From positions 1-53,715 of the forward strand of contig CACXKR010000003.1 in assembly GCA_902768335.1 (NCBI GenBank): a stretch of 53,715 nucleotides of DNA, written 5' to 3'. This DNA is from an uncultured Erysipelotrichaceae bacterium. Its GTDB lineage: Bacteria > Bacillota_I > Bacilli_A > RFN20 > CAG-826. Below, one piece after another: positions 1 to 10,051 of the stretch (the first letter of the stretch is position 1; every line of letters begins with the position of its first letter). Both the position numbers and the translations under genes were made by a program. The notes beneath the pieces are model-generated. The model did not search any database and was not told where the DNA came from. It was given only the letters and a program-made list of their open reading frames with translations.

Positions 1-149
1 TAATGTGTTAAAATCCATATGAAAAGACCTCCTATATTGGATTGTGAACAAATCAATTATAAGAGGTTTTTCTTTATGAATAGTTCAATATCTATGAATC
101 CTGGAGTGGAACTTGAAATTTTTCATCCCACCTTAGATTTCATAGAACC
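1..149 (-). mobile_element. Left end of a probable ISL3-family insertion sequence running off the window; putative transposase start at 18 (MDFNTL...)
   Basis: Minus strand from 149 reads GGTTCTATGAAATCTAAGGTGGG, resembling ISL3/IS1167-type termini (GGCTCTATAATTTCTGTAGTGGG). It is followed by an imperfect hairpin (about 22-70) containing AGGAGG and ATG at 18-16. The flank is AT-rich. The transposase body is not in the window. Confidence 0.6.
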
Positions 150-163
150 GTAATTTATTACAG

Positions 164-195
164 CCAACCTGGTTAATCCGGGTTGGTTTTCTTTT
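164..195 (+). terminator. Intrinsic terminator-like hairpin
   Basis: CCAACCTGG-ttaat-CCGGGTTGG followed by TTTTCTTTT. Confidence 0.6.
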
Positions 196-276
196 CGTTA
201 TTTTTTAAAAGAAATAAAAATAATTTGAAATATATCTAAAGTTATGGTTTAACTAATAAAAATAGAAAGAGAGGAT

Positions 277-1158
277 ATGTTTATGAAAAAATATTCATTC
301 ATCCCATTACTCTTATGTGCATCTACACTTGCACTCGCGGGTTGCAATTTAGGTGGATCATCGAGTAAAAAATCAAAGAAGAAATCTAGCTCTACTGAAA
401 CATCGCAAGTTAGTAGTTCAAGTCAAGCAGGTGGAAGCAGTGCTACTTCATCATCACAACAAGGTGGTAGTTCAGCGACCTCTTCCTCTTCTGGAGGTTC
501 CTCAACAGTTACTAGCATTTCGTTCTCAAGTGTCGTTTCTTGGTATGCTAGCGAAGGTATAACCGTTACAATTCCAGATTATCAAGGCTCTGCTTTAAGT
601 GCTGAAATTCAGGAAACAACATATTTCATCGATGGTTCAAATGCTGATGAATTCGAAGCATTCGCAACTTCTATGAAGTCTGCTGGTTGGGGATTAGTTG
701 CAGATTCCTATGGTGACTATTCTGGTGCATTTGGCTCCACCAGAGCCGAAGCATATGTAGGAAACTACATTGGCGTAACCAATTATGATTGCATCATTGT
801 TCAATTCAAGCTTGGAGTTGAGCCTACAGCCACTTTCCCAGGAGCAGAAGTTAATGAATTCCTTAGTACATATAGCATGGGATTCACACTTTCCGAATCA
901 GTTATTTCTCAATTAACCGATCCTTCTGGTGATGGATATTCAACAACTACAGGTGTTGATACTAGTGGTACATATCACTATATTTCCATTGAAGTTACCG
1001 GGGATGCGTCTACTACATGGAAAAATGCTCTTGATCCAGTTGTAACCGCTGTCGGATATTCGTGGGACGATGAATACAAATGCTATGTCAATAGTGCCGA
1101 ACACGAAGTTCAACTTGGATATGATTCTGGCGTGACAAGACTCGTTTTCTTCGAGTAA
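277..1158 (+). CDS. Lipoprotein of unknown function with Ser/Gly-rich linker
   Basis: SD AGAGAGGA; signal peptide with lipobox LALAG-C; Lys-rich then Ser/Gly/Thr low-complexity tract; start could be 283. Confidence 0.75.
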   Translation: MFMKKYSFIPLLLCASTLALAGCNLGGSSSKKSKKKSSSTETSQVSSSSQAGGSSATSSSQQGGSSATSSSSGGSSTVTSISFSSVVSWYASEGITVTIPDYQGSALSAEIQETTYFIDGSNADEFEAFATSMKSAGWGLVADSYGDYSGAFGSTRAEAYVGNYIGVTNYDCIIVQFKLGVEPTATFPGAEVNEFLSTYSMGFTLSESVISQLTDPSGDGYSTTTGVDTSGTYHYISIEVTGDASTTWKNALDPVVTAVGYSWDDEYKCYVNSAEHEVQLGYDSGVTRLVFFE

Positions 1159-1177
1159 TTATTAACTTTTATTCCAG

Positions 1178-1206
1178 AAAAGACTAACAATTGTTAGTCT
1201 TTTTTT
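1178..1206 (+). terminator. Intrinsic terminator
   Basis: AAAAGACTAAC-aatt-GTTAGTCTTTT plus T-run. Confidence 0.8.
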
Positions 1207-1249
1207 ATTCATTAATATTTAGTAAAATATTTATGAAAGGATAATTTCT

Positions 1250-2482
1250 ATGGATAAAAAATACACAAAGGAATTTGAACCAAGTTTTTCTCCATTGACC
1301 GTCACTGAAGAAGCAAGTAGATGCCTTCTTTGTCTAGACGCTCCATGTTCAAAAGCTTGTCCAGCGGGAACTTCACCAGATAAGTTTATTAGATCTGTTA
1401 GATTCCGCAATTTTAAAGGCGCAGCCGAAACCGTTAGAGAAAATAACGCTTTAGGTGCAATATGCGCTAGAGTGTGTCCAACCGAAAAATATTGTCAAAA
1501 AGGTTGTTCACGTAGTGGCATCGATCGCCCAATCGATATTGGTCGCATTCAAAGATATGTCACTGATTATGAAGAAAGCTTAGGAATGAATATTCTTGAA
1601 GCTGGCAAAGATAATGGCAAATCAGTCGCTTTAGTGGGCTCGGGTCCAGCTGCTCTTCAAGCTGCTGCTTCCTTCAGAGGAATGGGCTACAAAGTCGATG
1701 TTTATGAAAAAGAAAAAGTTTTAGGCGGTATGTTACGTCTAATTCCAGAATATCGTTTACCAGATAGAATCGTTGATAAAGAAATTGAACGCATTGAAAA
1801 ATTAGGCGTTAAATTCCATAAATCAACTCAAGTTGGTAAAGATGTTTCAGTTGAAGAACTTAAGAAGTCTCACGATGCAGTTGTCTTAGCTCCTGGCTAT
1901 AGTTATGGCAAGATGCTTCCAATGTTTGAAGGAAACAAATATGTGGTTTCTGCCGTTGATTTCTTAAGAGAAGTCAAAGCGAAAAAAGGCGAAGTCAAAG
2001 TTCCATCTAACGTCTTAGTCGTTGGTGGTGGTGACGTCGCGATGGACGTCGTAACGACTTTAAAACTCCTAGGAGTGGAAAATGTTACTGATGTCGTCTA
2101 TGAACAATTCAAAGAATTTAAAGCATCCAAGAAAGAACTCGAAGGTGCTCAAAAGATGGGTGTTACCATCGTTGATGGTTATGTCCCTGCTAAAGTTGAA
2201 GGTAATGTCGTAAGCTTTGCACATCGCGTTATCAAAGCCGAAATTAAAGTTGAAGCCGAACTCATCATCTTAGCAGTTGGTCAATACCCAGATGTTACTG
2301 GTTTAGGTGTCGAACTTGTTAAAGGCGAAGTTAACACTGGTAAAAACTATTTCACCGCTGATCCAAAAGTATTCGTCTGCGGTGATATCGCTCATTCTAA
2401 ATTTGATAAGACAGTTGTCGGCGGTGTCCGCACTGGTAAAGAAGTCGCGTTATACGTTAACGCTGCTTTAGGAGGTAAATAA
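1250..2482 (+). CDS. preT: Dihydropyrimidine dehydrogenase NAD(P)H/FAD subunit (PreT/GltD-like)
   Basis: [14 protein letters not shown] and CARVCP..C Fe-S motifs; GSGPA and GGGDVA Rossmann motifs; directly upstream of preA. Confidence 0.85.
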   Translation: MDKKYTKEFEPSFSPLTVTEEASRCLLCLDAPCSKACPAGTSPDKFIRSVRFRNFKGAAETVRENNALGAICARVCPTEKYCQKGCSRSGIDRPIDIGRIQRYVTDYEESLGMNILEAGKDNGKSVALVGSGPAALQAAASFRGMGYKVDVYEKEKVLGGMLRLIPEYRLPDRIVDKEIERIEKLGVKFHKSTQVGKDVSVEELKKSHDAVVLAPGYSYGKMLPMFEGNKYVVSAVDFLREVKAKKGEVKVPSNVLVVGGGDVAMDVVTTLKLLGVENVTDVVYEQFKEFKASKKELEGAQKMGVTIVDGYVPAKVEGNVVSFAHRVIKAEIKVEAELIILAVGQYPDVTGLGVELVKGEVNTGKNYFTADPKVFVCGDIAHSKFDKTVVGGVRTGKEVALYVNAALGGK

Positions 2483-2483
2483 G

Positions 2484-3731
2484 ATGGTTAAGAAAGATTT
2501 ATCCATAACATTTCTTGGTGTTAAATTCCCTAACCCATTCTGTTTATCGTCTTCACCAGTTGGTAACTGCTATGAAATGTGTAAGAAAGCTTATGAAGTT
2601 GGTTGGGGCGGTGTTGTCTTTAAGACAATTGGCCCTAAATCCTATTTCATCGATGAAGTTTCTCCTCGTTTCGATAAGTTAAACAAAGAGAACACTCCAT
2701 TCGTTGGTTTTAAAAACATGGAACAAATCGCTGAGCATTCATTAGAAGAAAACCTCAGAGATTTACGTAGACTTAAAAAGGAATTCCCAAATCAAGTCTT
2801 AATCGCATCCATCATGGGTAACGACGAAGAAACTTGGGAAGATCTCGCTAGAAAAGTTACCGAATGCGGCGCAGATATGATCGAACTTAACTTCTCTTGC
2901 CCACAAATGACATCTCATGCCATGGGTAGTGACGTTGGTTCATCTCCAGAACTTTGTAAGAAATACTGCCAAGCCGTTAGACGTGGTACGCATCTTCCAT
3001 TTATGGCGAAGATGACTCCAAACATCACCGATATGGTTCCAGTCGCTAAAGCTTCACTTGAAGGTGGAGCGGATGGTATTGCTGCTATTAACACAATTAA
3101 ATCGATTTGTAATATTGATTTAGATAAGAAGGTTGGTCTTCCAATTGTTGACGGAAAGTCTGCAATTTCCGGATATTCTGGCAAAGCAGTCAAACCAGTT
3201 GCCCTTCGTTTCATTCAACAAATGAGAAGTGCTCCAGGTTTAGAAAATCTTGAAATCTCCGGTATCGGAGGTATTGAAACTTGGGAAGACGCTGCTGAAT
3301 TCATTTTAGTGGGCGCTAAGACTCTTCAAGTTACAACTTCCATCATGCAATATGGCTACCGTGTCGTTGAAGATATGAAGAACGGCTTAATGCACTATAT
3401 GGAAGAACAAGGTGTCGATCATCTTGAAGATTTGGTTGGTCTTGCTAACAAGAACATTATTCCAGCTGAAAATCTTAATAGAGACTACATCGTTAGACCT
3501 TCTATCGATTTAGATAAATGCGTTAAATGTGGTCGCTGCTACATTTCTTGCTATGACGGTGGTCACCAAGCCATCGAATGGGACGAAGAAAAACGTGAAC
3601 CAAGCTGCAACACCGACAAGTGTGTTGGCTGCTTATTATGTGGTCACGTCTGTCCTGTTGGCGCAATTAAACCTGGAAAGATTTCGATTAAACCGGGTCG
3701 TAAATGCAAAGCCGAAGATATTAAGCTCTAA
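2484..3731 (+). CDS. preA: Dihydropyrimidine dehydrogenase FMN subunit PreA
   Basis: DHODH-like barrel (ELNFSCP, KMTPN, AINT, GGYSG-like [22 protein letters not shown]); C-terminal 2x[4Fe-4S] (CVKCGRC, CVGCLLC..VCP). Confidence 0.9.
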   Translation: MVKKDLSITFLGVKFPNPFCLSSSPVGNCYEMCKKAYEVGWGGVVFKTIGPKSYFIDEVSPRFDKLNKENTPFVGFKNMEQIAEHSLEENLRDLRRLKKEFPNQVLIASIMGNDEETWEDLARKVTECGADMIELNFSCPQMTSHAMGSDVGSSPELCKKYCQAVRRGTHLPFMAKMTPNITDMVPVAKASLEGGADGIAAINTIKSICNIDLDKKVGLPIVDGKSAISGYSGKAVKPVALRFIQQMRSAPGLENLEISGIGGIETWEDAAEFILVGAKTLQVTTSIMQYGYRVVEDMKNGLMHYMEEQGVDHLEDLVGLANKNIIPAENLNRDYIVRPSIDLDKCVKCGRCYISCYDGGHQAIEWDEEKREPSCNTDKCVGCLLCGHVCPVGAIKPGKISIKPGRKCKAEDIKL

Positions 3732-3814
3732 TTAACTTATTCATAAAAGGATGCTTCTAGAAAATGATGGGTACCCAGTTTCCTAGACACTAAATGTTTG
3801 TTAACTGGATTATA

Positions 3815-4615
3815 TCATAAGGCTAACATGGATGCTTCCCTAAACTTAGATGGAGGCATCCATTTTGTTTTGCTTTTAATCCGATGGTTATTGTAATAAT
3901 CAATATAGTCTGCAACTGCTTTTTTAAACTGATTGAATGTTTTGAATTCTGATTCGTGACCATAAAACATTTCGTTTTTCATTACTCCAAAGAAAGATTC
4001 CATTATGCAGTTATCAATACAGTTTCCTTTTCTAGACATTGATTGAATAATACCTTTTTCCTTAAGTCTTTGTTGGTAATAGTTATGTTGATATTGCCAA
4101 CCCATATCACTATGAAAGATTAGTCCTTCTAGATCAGGATATTTTATAAAAGCTTCATCCAACATTCGCTTGGTTTGTTCTAGATTTGGAAATAATGATA
4201 AATCCCACGCAACAACATCTCCCATTCCCATATCAATGATCGGAGATAGATAACATTTGCCAAATGCACAGTTAATTTGAGAAACATCTGTTGTCCATTT
4301 TTCATTCGGCTTGTTGGCTACGAAGTTTCTATTGATAAGATTATCCGCAATATGACCGACTTCACCGATATATGAATGATACTTTTGTTTCTTTTTAACC
4401 GCTCTTAGACCTAATTTGGTCATTAATCGGAGAACCTTCTTATGATTGATTAAATAACCGCGATTACGAAGTTCCGCTGTTATTCTTTTAAAGCCATATC
4501 TTTGTTTGTTTTCATAGAAAATATTCTGGATTAAACCCATTATTTCTTTGTTTTTAATATCTTTATCAGGCTTATTGAGCTCAAAATAATATGTCGCTCT
4601 TGGAAGAGAAGCCAC
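3815..4615 (-). CDS. IS3-family transposase OrfB (DDE/rve); likely made as an OrfAB -1 frameshift fusion
   Basis: NEKWTTDVS, FHSDMGWQY, SRKGNCIDNCIMESFFG, YIDYYNNHR motifs; the frame stays open upstream to the slippery site near 4678-4684. Confidence 0.9.
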   Translation of the reverse strand: MASLPRATYYFELNKPDKDIKNKEIMGLIQNIFYENKQRYGFKRITAELRNRGYLINHKKVLRLMTKLGLRAVKKKQKYHSYIGEVGHIADNLINRNFVANKPNEKWTTDVSQINCAFGKCYLSPIIDMGMGDVVAWDLSLFPNLEQTKRMLDEAFIKYPDLEGLIFHSDMGWQYQHNYYQQRLKEKGIIQSMSRKGNCIDNCIMESFFGVMKNEMFYGHESEFKTFNQFKKAVADYIDYYNNHRIKSKTKWMPPSKFREASMLAL

Positions 4616-4668
4616 TTTGAGTAATTTAGAAAGCTTCCATTTCTTATGTATGGATAATAACTCGTTAA

Positions 4669-5202
4669 TTACTTTTGCTTTTTCGCCCTGGCTTCCGCGG
4701 CTTCCCTCTTTGAGACCAAGGCATCGAGTTTTTTTAGGTACTCATTCTCCATTTCTAAGTATTCATTTCTTTCTCTAAGAAGCTTTAATTCCTCTTGTTC
4801 TGAAACGGATAGCTTAGATTTCTTAGTTTTCTTTTTCATAACGATTTGTTTAGTTGGTCTACCTTTTTTACATTGTAAACCATCAATGCCTTTTTCGTTA
4901 TATCTTCTTACCCATTGGCCAAGCTGACCTGAATCGATATGGGCATTTTTGGCTACAAAAGTGATAGAATTGCCAGCTAAAACCTTTGCCACTAATTCAA
5001 AACGTTGTTCAGGTGTCCAATTTTTGTTGAACGAGGAATGTTTTAAACCGTCGATTCCCAAATCATTATAATTTTTTACCCATTGTCTAACATGATTCAT
5101 AAATGTTATGCGCTGATTCCTAGTTTTTCCAGGTGTCGGAATATATTCGCCATTTTTATACTTGCTGACGTATTCAAGTTTGAATTTCCATGAATATTTC
5201 AT
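4669..5202 (-). CDS. IS3-family transposase OrfA (HTH)
   Basis: Start at 5202 (MKYSWKFKLEY) with SD GAAAGGGG inside the IS end; ELKLLRERNEYLEMENEYLKKL leucine-zipper-like tail. The track start at 5283 lies outside the IR. Confidence 0.85.
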   Translation of the reverse strand: MKYSWKFKLEYVSKYKNGEYIPTPGKTRNQRITFMNHVRQWVKNYNDLGIDGLKHSSFNKNWTPEQRFELVAKVLAGNSITFVAKNAHIDSGQLGQWVRRYNEKGIDGLQCKKGRPTKQIVMKKKTKKSKLSVSEQEELKLLRERNEYLEMENEYLKKLDALVSKREAAEARAKKQK

Positions 5203-5387
5203 AGAAAAAGTACCCCTTTCATAATGTCTAGGATTTGGGGTACCTTTCAAAATAGAGGCATCTTTTTTCATATTTAAAATCATTTTTGTCTTTGTTAGAT
5301 AGCCTCCTTATAGAGGCTTTTATTTTTCTAAACTATTTTCAACAAATTTTCAAAAAATCTCAGTATTAAGTATATGGAGGTTATTCT

Positions 5388-6692
5388 ATGAAAAATCTAA
5401 AACTACTCAATTACAAAGGTATTGAAATTGGAATCAAAGAATTAGACAAAAGCGTTTGGTTTACAATCAATGATCTAGCAAAAATATTTTCAAAAGACAG
5501 GTCCACAATTGCTAAACAAATCAAGCGGTCAACCTGTGAATATTCTTTGGCAACTTGTGAAAAAATTGCACAAGTCCACCTCGAAAATGGGCGAGAAGTT
5601 AAACGGTATGTCGCCTATTTTGGTTTTGATTTAGCGAACGAATTAGACAAAAAATATAATTCAAAAACATTTAGAGAGATTAAAGATTATTTGAATGATT
5701 ATTTTCAAACAAACGAAGCCAAAAGCGCTGATGATTCCAATGATATTATTATTTATAATAATGGAAGTATCTCTTTAGCGGTAAAAGTGTCTCCAGAAGA
5801 GGACACTGTTTTGCTCACTCAAAGTCAAATTGCCGCCCTTTATGAGACCACAAAACCAAATATTTCAATGCACATAAAAAACATTTTAAATGAAGGCGAA
5901 TTGTCAACTGATAAGAATTTCTTAACAGTTCGTGAGAAAAATTCACATACTGAAACAGTTGCAAAAGATTATTTGGCAACTCACAAGGATTACTTGTATG
6001 TTGACAATTTTATTCGGAAGATTCCAACATTGACGGAAAATAATAAAACTTATGATATGACCTACTACAATTTGGATATGATTCTCGCAATTGGATATCG
6101 CGTCAAAAGTAAGAGAGCGATGGAGTTTAGAAGATGGGTTAGTAAAGTGCTAAAACAATATTTAATTAAAGGTTATGTTATAGACGCTAATCGAGTGACC
6201 ATTTCTAAAGATAATTTCATTCAAATGGAAAATGATGTTAAGTCATTGGAGAAAAGGGTCACGAATATCGAAGAAAAGATGTTTATTGAACCCGTTAAGG
6301 AAAGGCTATTCTTCAATGGGCAATATTTCGATGCTTATGAGTTCTTGGTTTCACTCTTCATGGAGGCTAAACAATCAATCACTATTATCGATCCATATTT
6401 CGATATAACTGGTTTAAAATTTTTATCACACGTTTCTAACTTTGTTAGAAAGATAATTTGTTATTCATCATCTTCTAGGTTAAAAGATGAAGATATCAAA
6501 GCGTTTGAAAAACAATATGGCGCTATTGAGCGAATTCAAAAAGATATATTCCATGATCGCTTTATTATCATAGATAATGAAAAAGGCTATCAAATTGGCA
6601 CATCAATCAATAATGCAGGCCGAAAAATCTTTAGCGCATTTAGAATCGACAGCAATCTTTTCGTTAAACATATTTTAGAAGCAATGAAATAA
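5388..6692 (+). CDS. RhuM-family DNA-binding protein with C-terminal PLD-like domain
   Basis: LTQSQIAALY, YYNLDMILAIGYRVKSKRAMEFRRW (RhuM core); IIDPY and FHDRFIIID in the C-terminal domain; SD GGAGG. Confidence 0.75.
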   Translation: MKNLKLLNYKGIEIGIKELDKSVWFTINDLAKIFSKDRSTIAKQIKRSTCEYSLATCEKIAQVHLENGREVKRYVAYFGFDLANELDKKYNSKTFREIKDYLNDYFQTNEAKSADDSNDIIIYNNGSISLAVKVSPEEDTVLLTQSQIAALYETTKPNISMHIKNILNEGELSTDKNFLTVREKNSHTETVAKDYLATHKDYLYVDNFIRKIPTLTENNKTYDMTYYNLDMILAIGYRVKSKRAMEFRRWVSKVLKQYLIKGYVIDANRVTISKDNFIQMENDVKSLEKRVTNIEEKMFIEPVKERLFFNGQYFDAYEFLVSLFMEAKQSITIIDPYFDITGLKFLSHVSNFVRKIICYSSSSRLKDEDIKAFEKQYGAIERIQKDIFHDRFIIIDNEKGYQIGTSINNAGRKIFSAFRIDSNLFVKHILEAMK

Positions 6693-6755
6693 AAACATTT
6701 TGACTTCGTTTCGATTTTCTTGCGTTTTCCAAATTTCAATTTTTATAATTACGAC

Positions 6756-8531
6756 ATGAAAAAAGTCGTTTTATTACCATTAGCTTTGTTCGCTCTAACA
6801 ATGAGCGGATGTAATTCTAGTCCAACGAAAAGCGGTGGGAAGAAAAGTTCATCGAGCGGTGCTTTAACTAGCACTAGCGGAGTTTCCTCAACTACAGGCG
6901 GAGGAAGTACTTCAACTTCAGTTTATATTCCAACAAACACCGGTTCATCCGGCTGGGTTGATCCAGGAATAAGCGATCCGTTTTCAATTACGAATGAATC
7001 TGGAGAAGCCTCAGGATTTGAATTATCTGGTTCAACTTATACGATTAATACCGCTGGAACATACACTCTTACTGGCAAACTAGAAGGCCGCGTTGTTATC
7101 AATGTTACCAAGAATGATACTGTTGAATTAGACCTCAATAACGTCGAGATTTCTTCAAGCGAAAATTCTCCAATATTCGTGCAAACCGCGGATAAAGTTA
7201 AGATAAAATCCTTAGATAACACCATCAATAGCGTTATCGATAAGCGCGCTAATAAGGTTAGTGATGTAGCTGATCAATACGAAGGTGCAATCGCTGCCAA
7301 AAGCGATTTAAACATTATTGGTAGAGGTCGTCTTCAAGTCGAAGGTAATTATAATAACGGAATCCACACATCCAAAGATTTAAAAATTAAGAATTGCGAA
7401 CTATATTCTTATGGTTATCAACACGCATTACGTGGTGGTAATGGAATTGAAATTCTTAATAATGACACTAAGATTTATGCTGTCGCTAAAACTGGTGATG
7501 GACTTAAATCCAATGATGCCTCTATTACTAGCAAAGGCAAACAAAAAGGCACCATTTCAATCACTGGTGGTTTAGTTAATATCAACGCTCAATGCGATGG
7601 TATGGATGCAGCTTATGATGTTGTTATTAGTGATGGCACCGATGAAGATAGCGGCGAAGCTTCTTCACCAACCATCAATATTTACACTGATAAATATGCT
7701 TCTTTAACAAAAGCTGGTCCAGGCTGGAATGATTCTGGAAACACCAATAAATCTGCTACAACTGCCAAAGGCGTTAAAGCTAGCAACTCAATCTCAGTTA
7801 GCGGTGGTCAAATATATTGCAAATGCTACGATGATGGCTTCCATGCTAACACTGAACCATTAACAGATTCTGATGATGTTGAAACAGGCACAAATGGTTT
7901 AGGAAATATCACCATTAGCGGTGGCAATATCACTATCGATTGTAGCGATGATGGAATGCACGCTGATGCAACCTTATCAATCACAGGTGGAACTATAAAT
8001 GTTTTAACTTCCTATGAGGCTCTTGAAGGGCATGACATAGTCATTTCTGGTGGCGTCTCTCGTGTGCTAGGCACAGATGATGGCATCAACGCAGGTGGAG
8101 ATGAAAATCCAACCATTACTATTTCAGGAGGCTTTGTTGAAGTAACTGTTGCTCCTAGCGGAGATACTGATGGTATCGATAGTAATGGAACTTATACTCA
8201 AACTGGTGGTATTGTTATTACTAAAGGTCCAAATAACAACAATTCTTCTGCCTTAGATCACGAAGGTAATGCAACCATCAATGGCGGCATAATCATCGCC
8301 TTGGGCGCTATCGAAAACCAAAACACTCGCTGGGGTGGCGGAGGTGGCCCAAGTGGTGGTCCAGGTGGAGGCGAAGTTACCTATGGTAGTAATATGAGCC
8401 AGTATAACCTATCGCTCCATAGCGCTGGAAATCACACAATCACTATTGGTGGAGTTGAATATAGCTTCTCTAATACTTATTCATACGGAAAAACAATTTG
8501 TTACAGTGACACTCCTGTAACAGGTTCATAA
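6756..8531 (+). CDS. Lipoprotein with carbohydrate-binding DUF4353 (Cthe_2159-like beta-helix) domain
   Basis: MKKVVLLPLALFALTMSG-C lipobox; TINTAGTYTLTG, repeated DG(I/L/M)xS/A and ITISGGxI motifs, DGIDSNG. Confidence 0.8.
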   Translation: MKKVVLLPLALFALTMSGCNSSPTKSGGKKSSSSGALTSTSGVSSTTGGGSTSTSVYIPTNTGSSGWVDPGISDPFSITNESGEASGFELSGSTYTINTAGTYTLTGKLEGRVVINVTKNDTVELDLNNVEISSSENSPIFVQTADKVKIKSLDNTINSVIDKRANKVSDVADQYEGAIAAKSDLNIIGRGRLQVEGNYNNGIHTSKDLKIKNCELYSYGYQHALRGGNGIEILNNDTKIYAVAKTGDGLKSNDASITSKGKQKGTISITGGLVNINAQCDGMDAAYDVVISDGTDEDSGEASSPTINIYTDKYASLTKAGPGWNDSGNTNKSATTAKGVKASNSISVSGGQIYCKCYDDGFHANTEPLTDSDDVETGTNGLGNITISGGNITIDCSDDGMHADATLSITGGTINVLTSYEALEGHDIVISGGVSRVLGTDDGINAGGDENPTITISGGFVEVTVAPSGDTDGIDSNGTYTQTGGIVITKGPNNNNSSALDHEGNATINGGIIIALGAIENQNTRWGGGGGPSGGPGGGEVTYGSNMSQYNLSLHSAGNHTITIGGVEYSFSNTYSYGKTICYSDTPVTGS

Positions 8532-8541
8532 GCTAAAAATC

Positions 8542-8568
8542 AACCGATCGAAAGGTCGGTTTTATTTT
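8542..8568 (+). terminator. Intrinsic terminator
   Basis: AACCGATC-gaaa-GGTCGGTT plus TTTATTTT. Confidence 0.8.
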
Positions 8569-8591
8569 GCACGTGAATATATACACACGGG

Positions 8592-8632
8592 TTGATTATA
8601 TTTTTTAAAATGCTACAATGTAAGCGGTTACA
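8592..8632 (+). promoter_or_regulatory. sigA-type promoter of gdhA with an overlapping cre-like (CcpA/LacI) site
   Basis: TTGATT (8592), extended -10 TGcTACAAT (8611-8619), then TGTAAGCGGTTACA (8619-8632), matching the 14-bp cre consensus. Confidence 0.6.
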
Positions 8633-8704
8633 TATGCTAAAAAGATTGTTAAATCAAATCATTAAGCAGCATTAGGCTGCTTTTTTAGCTAGAAAGGATA
8701 AAAA

Positions 8705-10051
8705 ATGTACAAAAGTAGTTATTTGAACCGTGTTCTTCGTGAAGTCAAAGCTAAAAACAAAGAACAAAAAGAATTCATCGCAGCAGTTGAAGAATTCTTT
8801 GACTCGATGGATTTTGTCGTCGATAAAGATCCACGAATTGAAAAATTTGCAATTTTAGAAAGACTTGTCGTCCCAGAAAGAATTATCACCATGAGAGTTC
8901 CTTGGGTTGATGATAGAGGACATATTAAAGTCAATACAGGTTACCGCGTTGAATTCAATTCAGCTATCGGTCCATATAAAGGTGGCATGAGATTTGATAA
9001 ATCAGTCAACCTCTCCATTCTTAAATTCTTAGGTTTTGAACAAACCTTTAAAAACTCCTTAACCGGCTTACCAATGGGTGGCGGTAAAGGTGGTGCTGAT
9101 TTCGATCCACGTGGAAGAAGCGATGGTGAAATCATGAGATTCTGCCAATCCATGATGGCCGAATTATTTAGACACATCGGTCCAAACACCGACGTTCCAG
9201 CAGGAGATTTAGGTTTCGGTGCTAGAGAAATCGGTTATATGTTTGGTTATTATAAGAAACTTAGAGATGAATTTACTGGTGTATTTACTGGTAAAGGCAT
9301 GTCTTATGGTGGTTCTTTAGGAAGACCAGAAGCAACTGGTTATGGACTTCTCTACTTTGTAGAAGAGATGATGAAGGAATTTAGAAAAGAACCTATTAAA
9401 GGTAAGAAAGTCATGATTTCTGGCTCAGGTAAAGTCGGTGGCATGGCTGCTCAAAAGGCTCACGAATTAGGCGCTATCTTAGTAGCAATGTCCGATATCG
9501 ATGGTTATGTCTATGATCCAAATGGATTAGATGTTCCTTACATCGTTAAGAAAGCCAAAGAAAAAGGCTTATTCTCCAAAGATTATGCTGCTGACCATAA
9601 AGGCGTTAAATTCGTCGCTGGTCCACATGGCATGTGGTCGCTTCCATGCGATATCGCACTTCCATGCGCAACCCAAGGTGAAATTCACGAAGAAGACGCT
9701 AAACTTCTTAAGAAGAATGGCTGCTTCATGGTCGTCGAAGGTGCGAATATGCCTTGCGATGTTGAAGCAATTAGATACTTCAATACTAACGGAGTGTTAT
9801 TCGCTCCAGGTAAAGCATCCAATGCTGGTGGCGTCGCTGTTTCTGGCTTAGAAATGTCTCAAAACGCCATTCACTTATCATGGACCTTCGAAGAAGTCGA
9901 TGCTAGATTAAAACAAATCATGAAAGATATCTTCAAAAAATGTCATGATACAGCGGTTAAATATGGTCAACCAACTAACATTGCATTAGGTGCAAATATT
10001 GCCGGATTTGAAAAAGTCTTAGATGCAATGATTGCTCAAGGAGTTTGCTAA
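8705..10051 (+). CDS. gdhA: NADP-specific glutamate dehydrogenase
   Basis: GPYKGGMRF, LPMGGGKGGADFDP, DVPAGD, RPEATGYG, PCATQ, EGANMP, PGKASNAGGVAVS. Confidence 0.95.
   Translation: MYKSSYLNRVLREVKAKNKEQKEFIAAVEEFFDSMDFVVDKDPRIEKFAILERLVVPERIITMRVPWVDDRGHIKVNTGYRVEFNSAIGPYKGGMRFDKSVNLSILKFLGFEQTFKNSLTGLPMGGGKGGADFDPRGRSDGEIMRFCQSMMAELFRHIGPNTDVPAGDLGFGAREIGYMFGYYKKLRDEFTGVFTGKGMSYGGSLGRPEATGYGLLYFVEEMMKEFRKEPIKGKKVMISGSGKVGGMAAQKAHELGAILVAMSDIDGYVYDPNGLDVPYIVKKAKEKGLFSKDYAADHKGVKFVAGPHGMWSLPCDIALPCATQGEIHEEDAKLLKKNGCFMVVEGANMPCDVEAIRYFNTNGVLFAPGKASNAGGVAVSGLEMSQNAIHLSWTFEEVDARLKQIMKDIFKKCHDTAVKYGQPTNIALGANIAGFEKVLDAMIAQGVC

Larger units (their letters stand above)
3765..5249 (-). mobile_element. 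Complete IS3-family (IS150-like) element, 1485 bp
   Basis: 25-bp imperfect terminal inverted repeats TGATGGGTACCCAGTTTCCTAGACA / TGAAAGGTACCCCAAATCCTAGACA with TG...CA ends; AAA on both flanks (probable 3-bp target duplication); orfA plus orfB. Confidence 0.9.

Noticed and set aside
5203-5283. ORF-track N-terminal extension of IS OrfA
   Set aside because: It crosses the IS terminal inverted repeat into host DNA; the internal ATG at 5202 has a proper SD.
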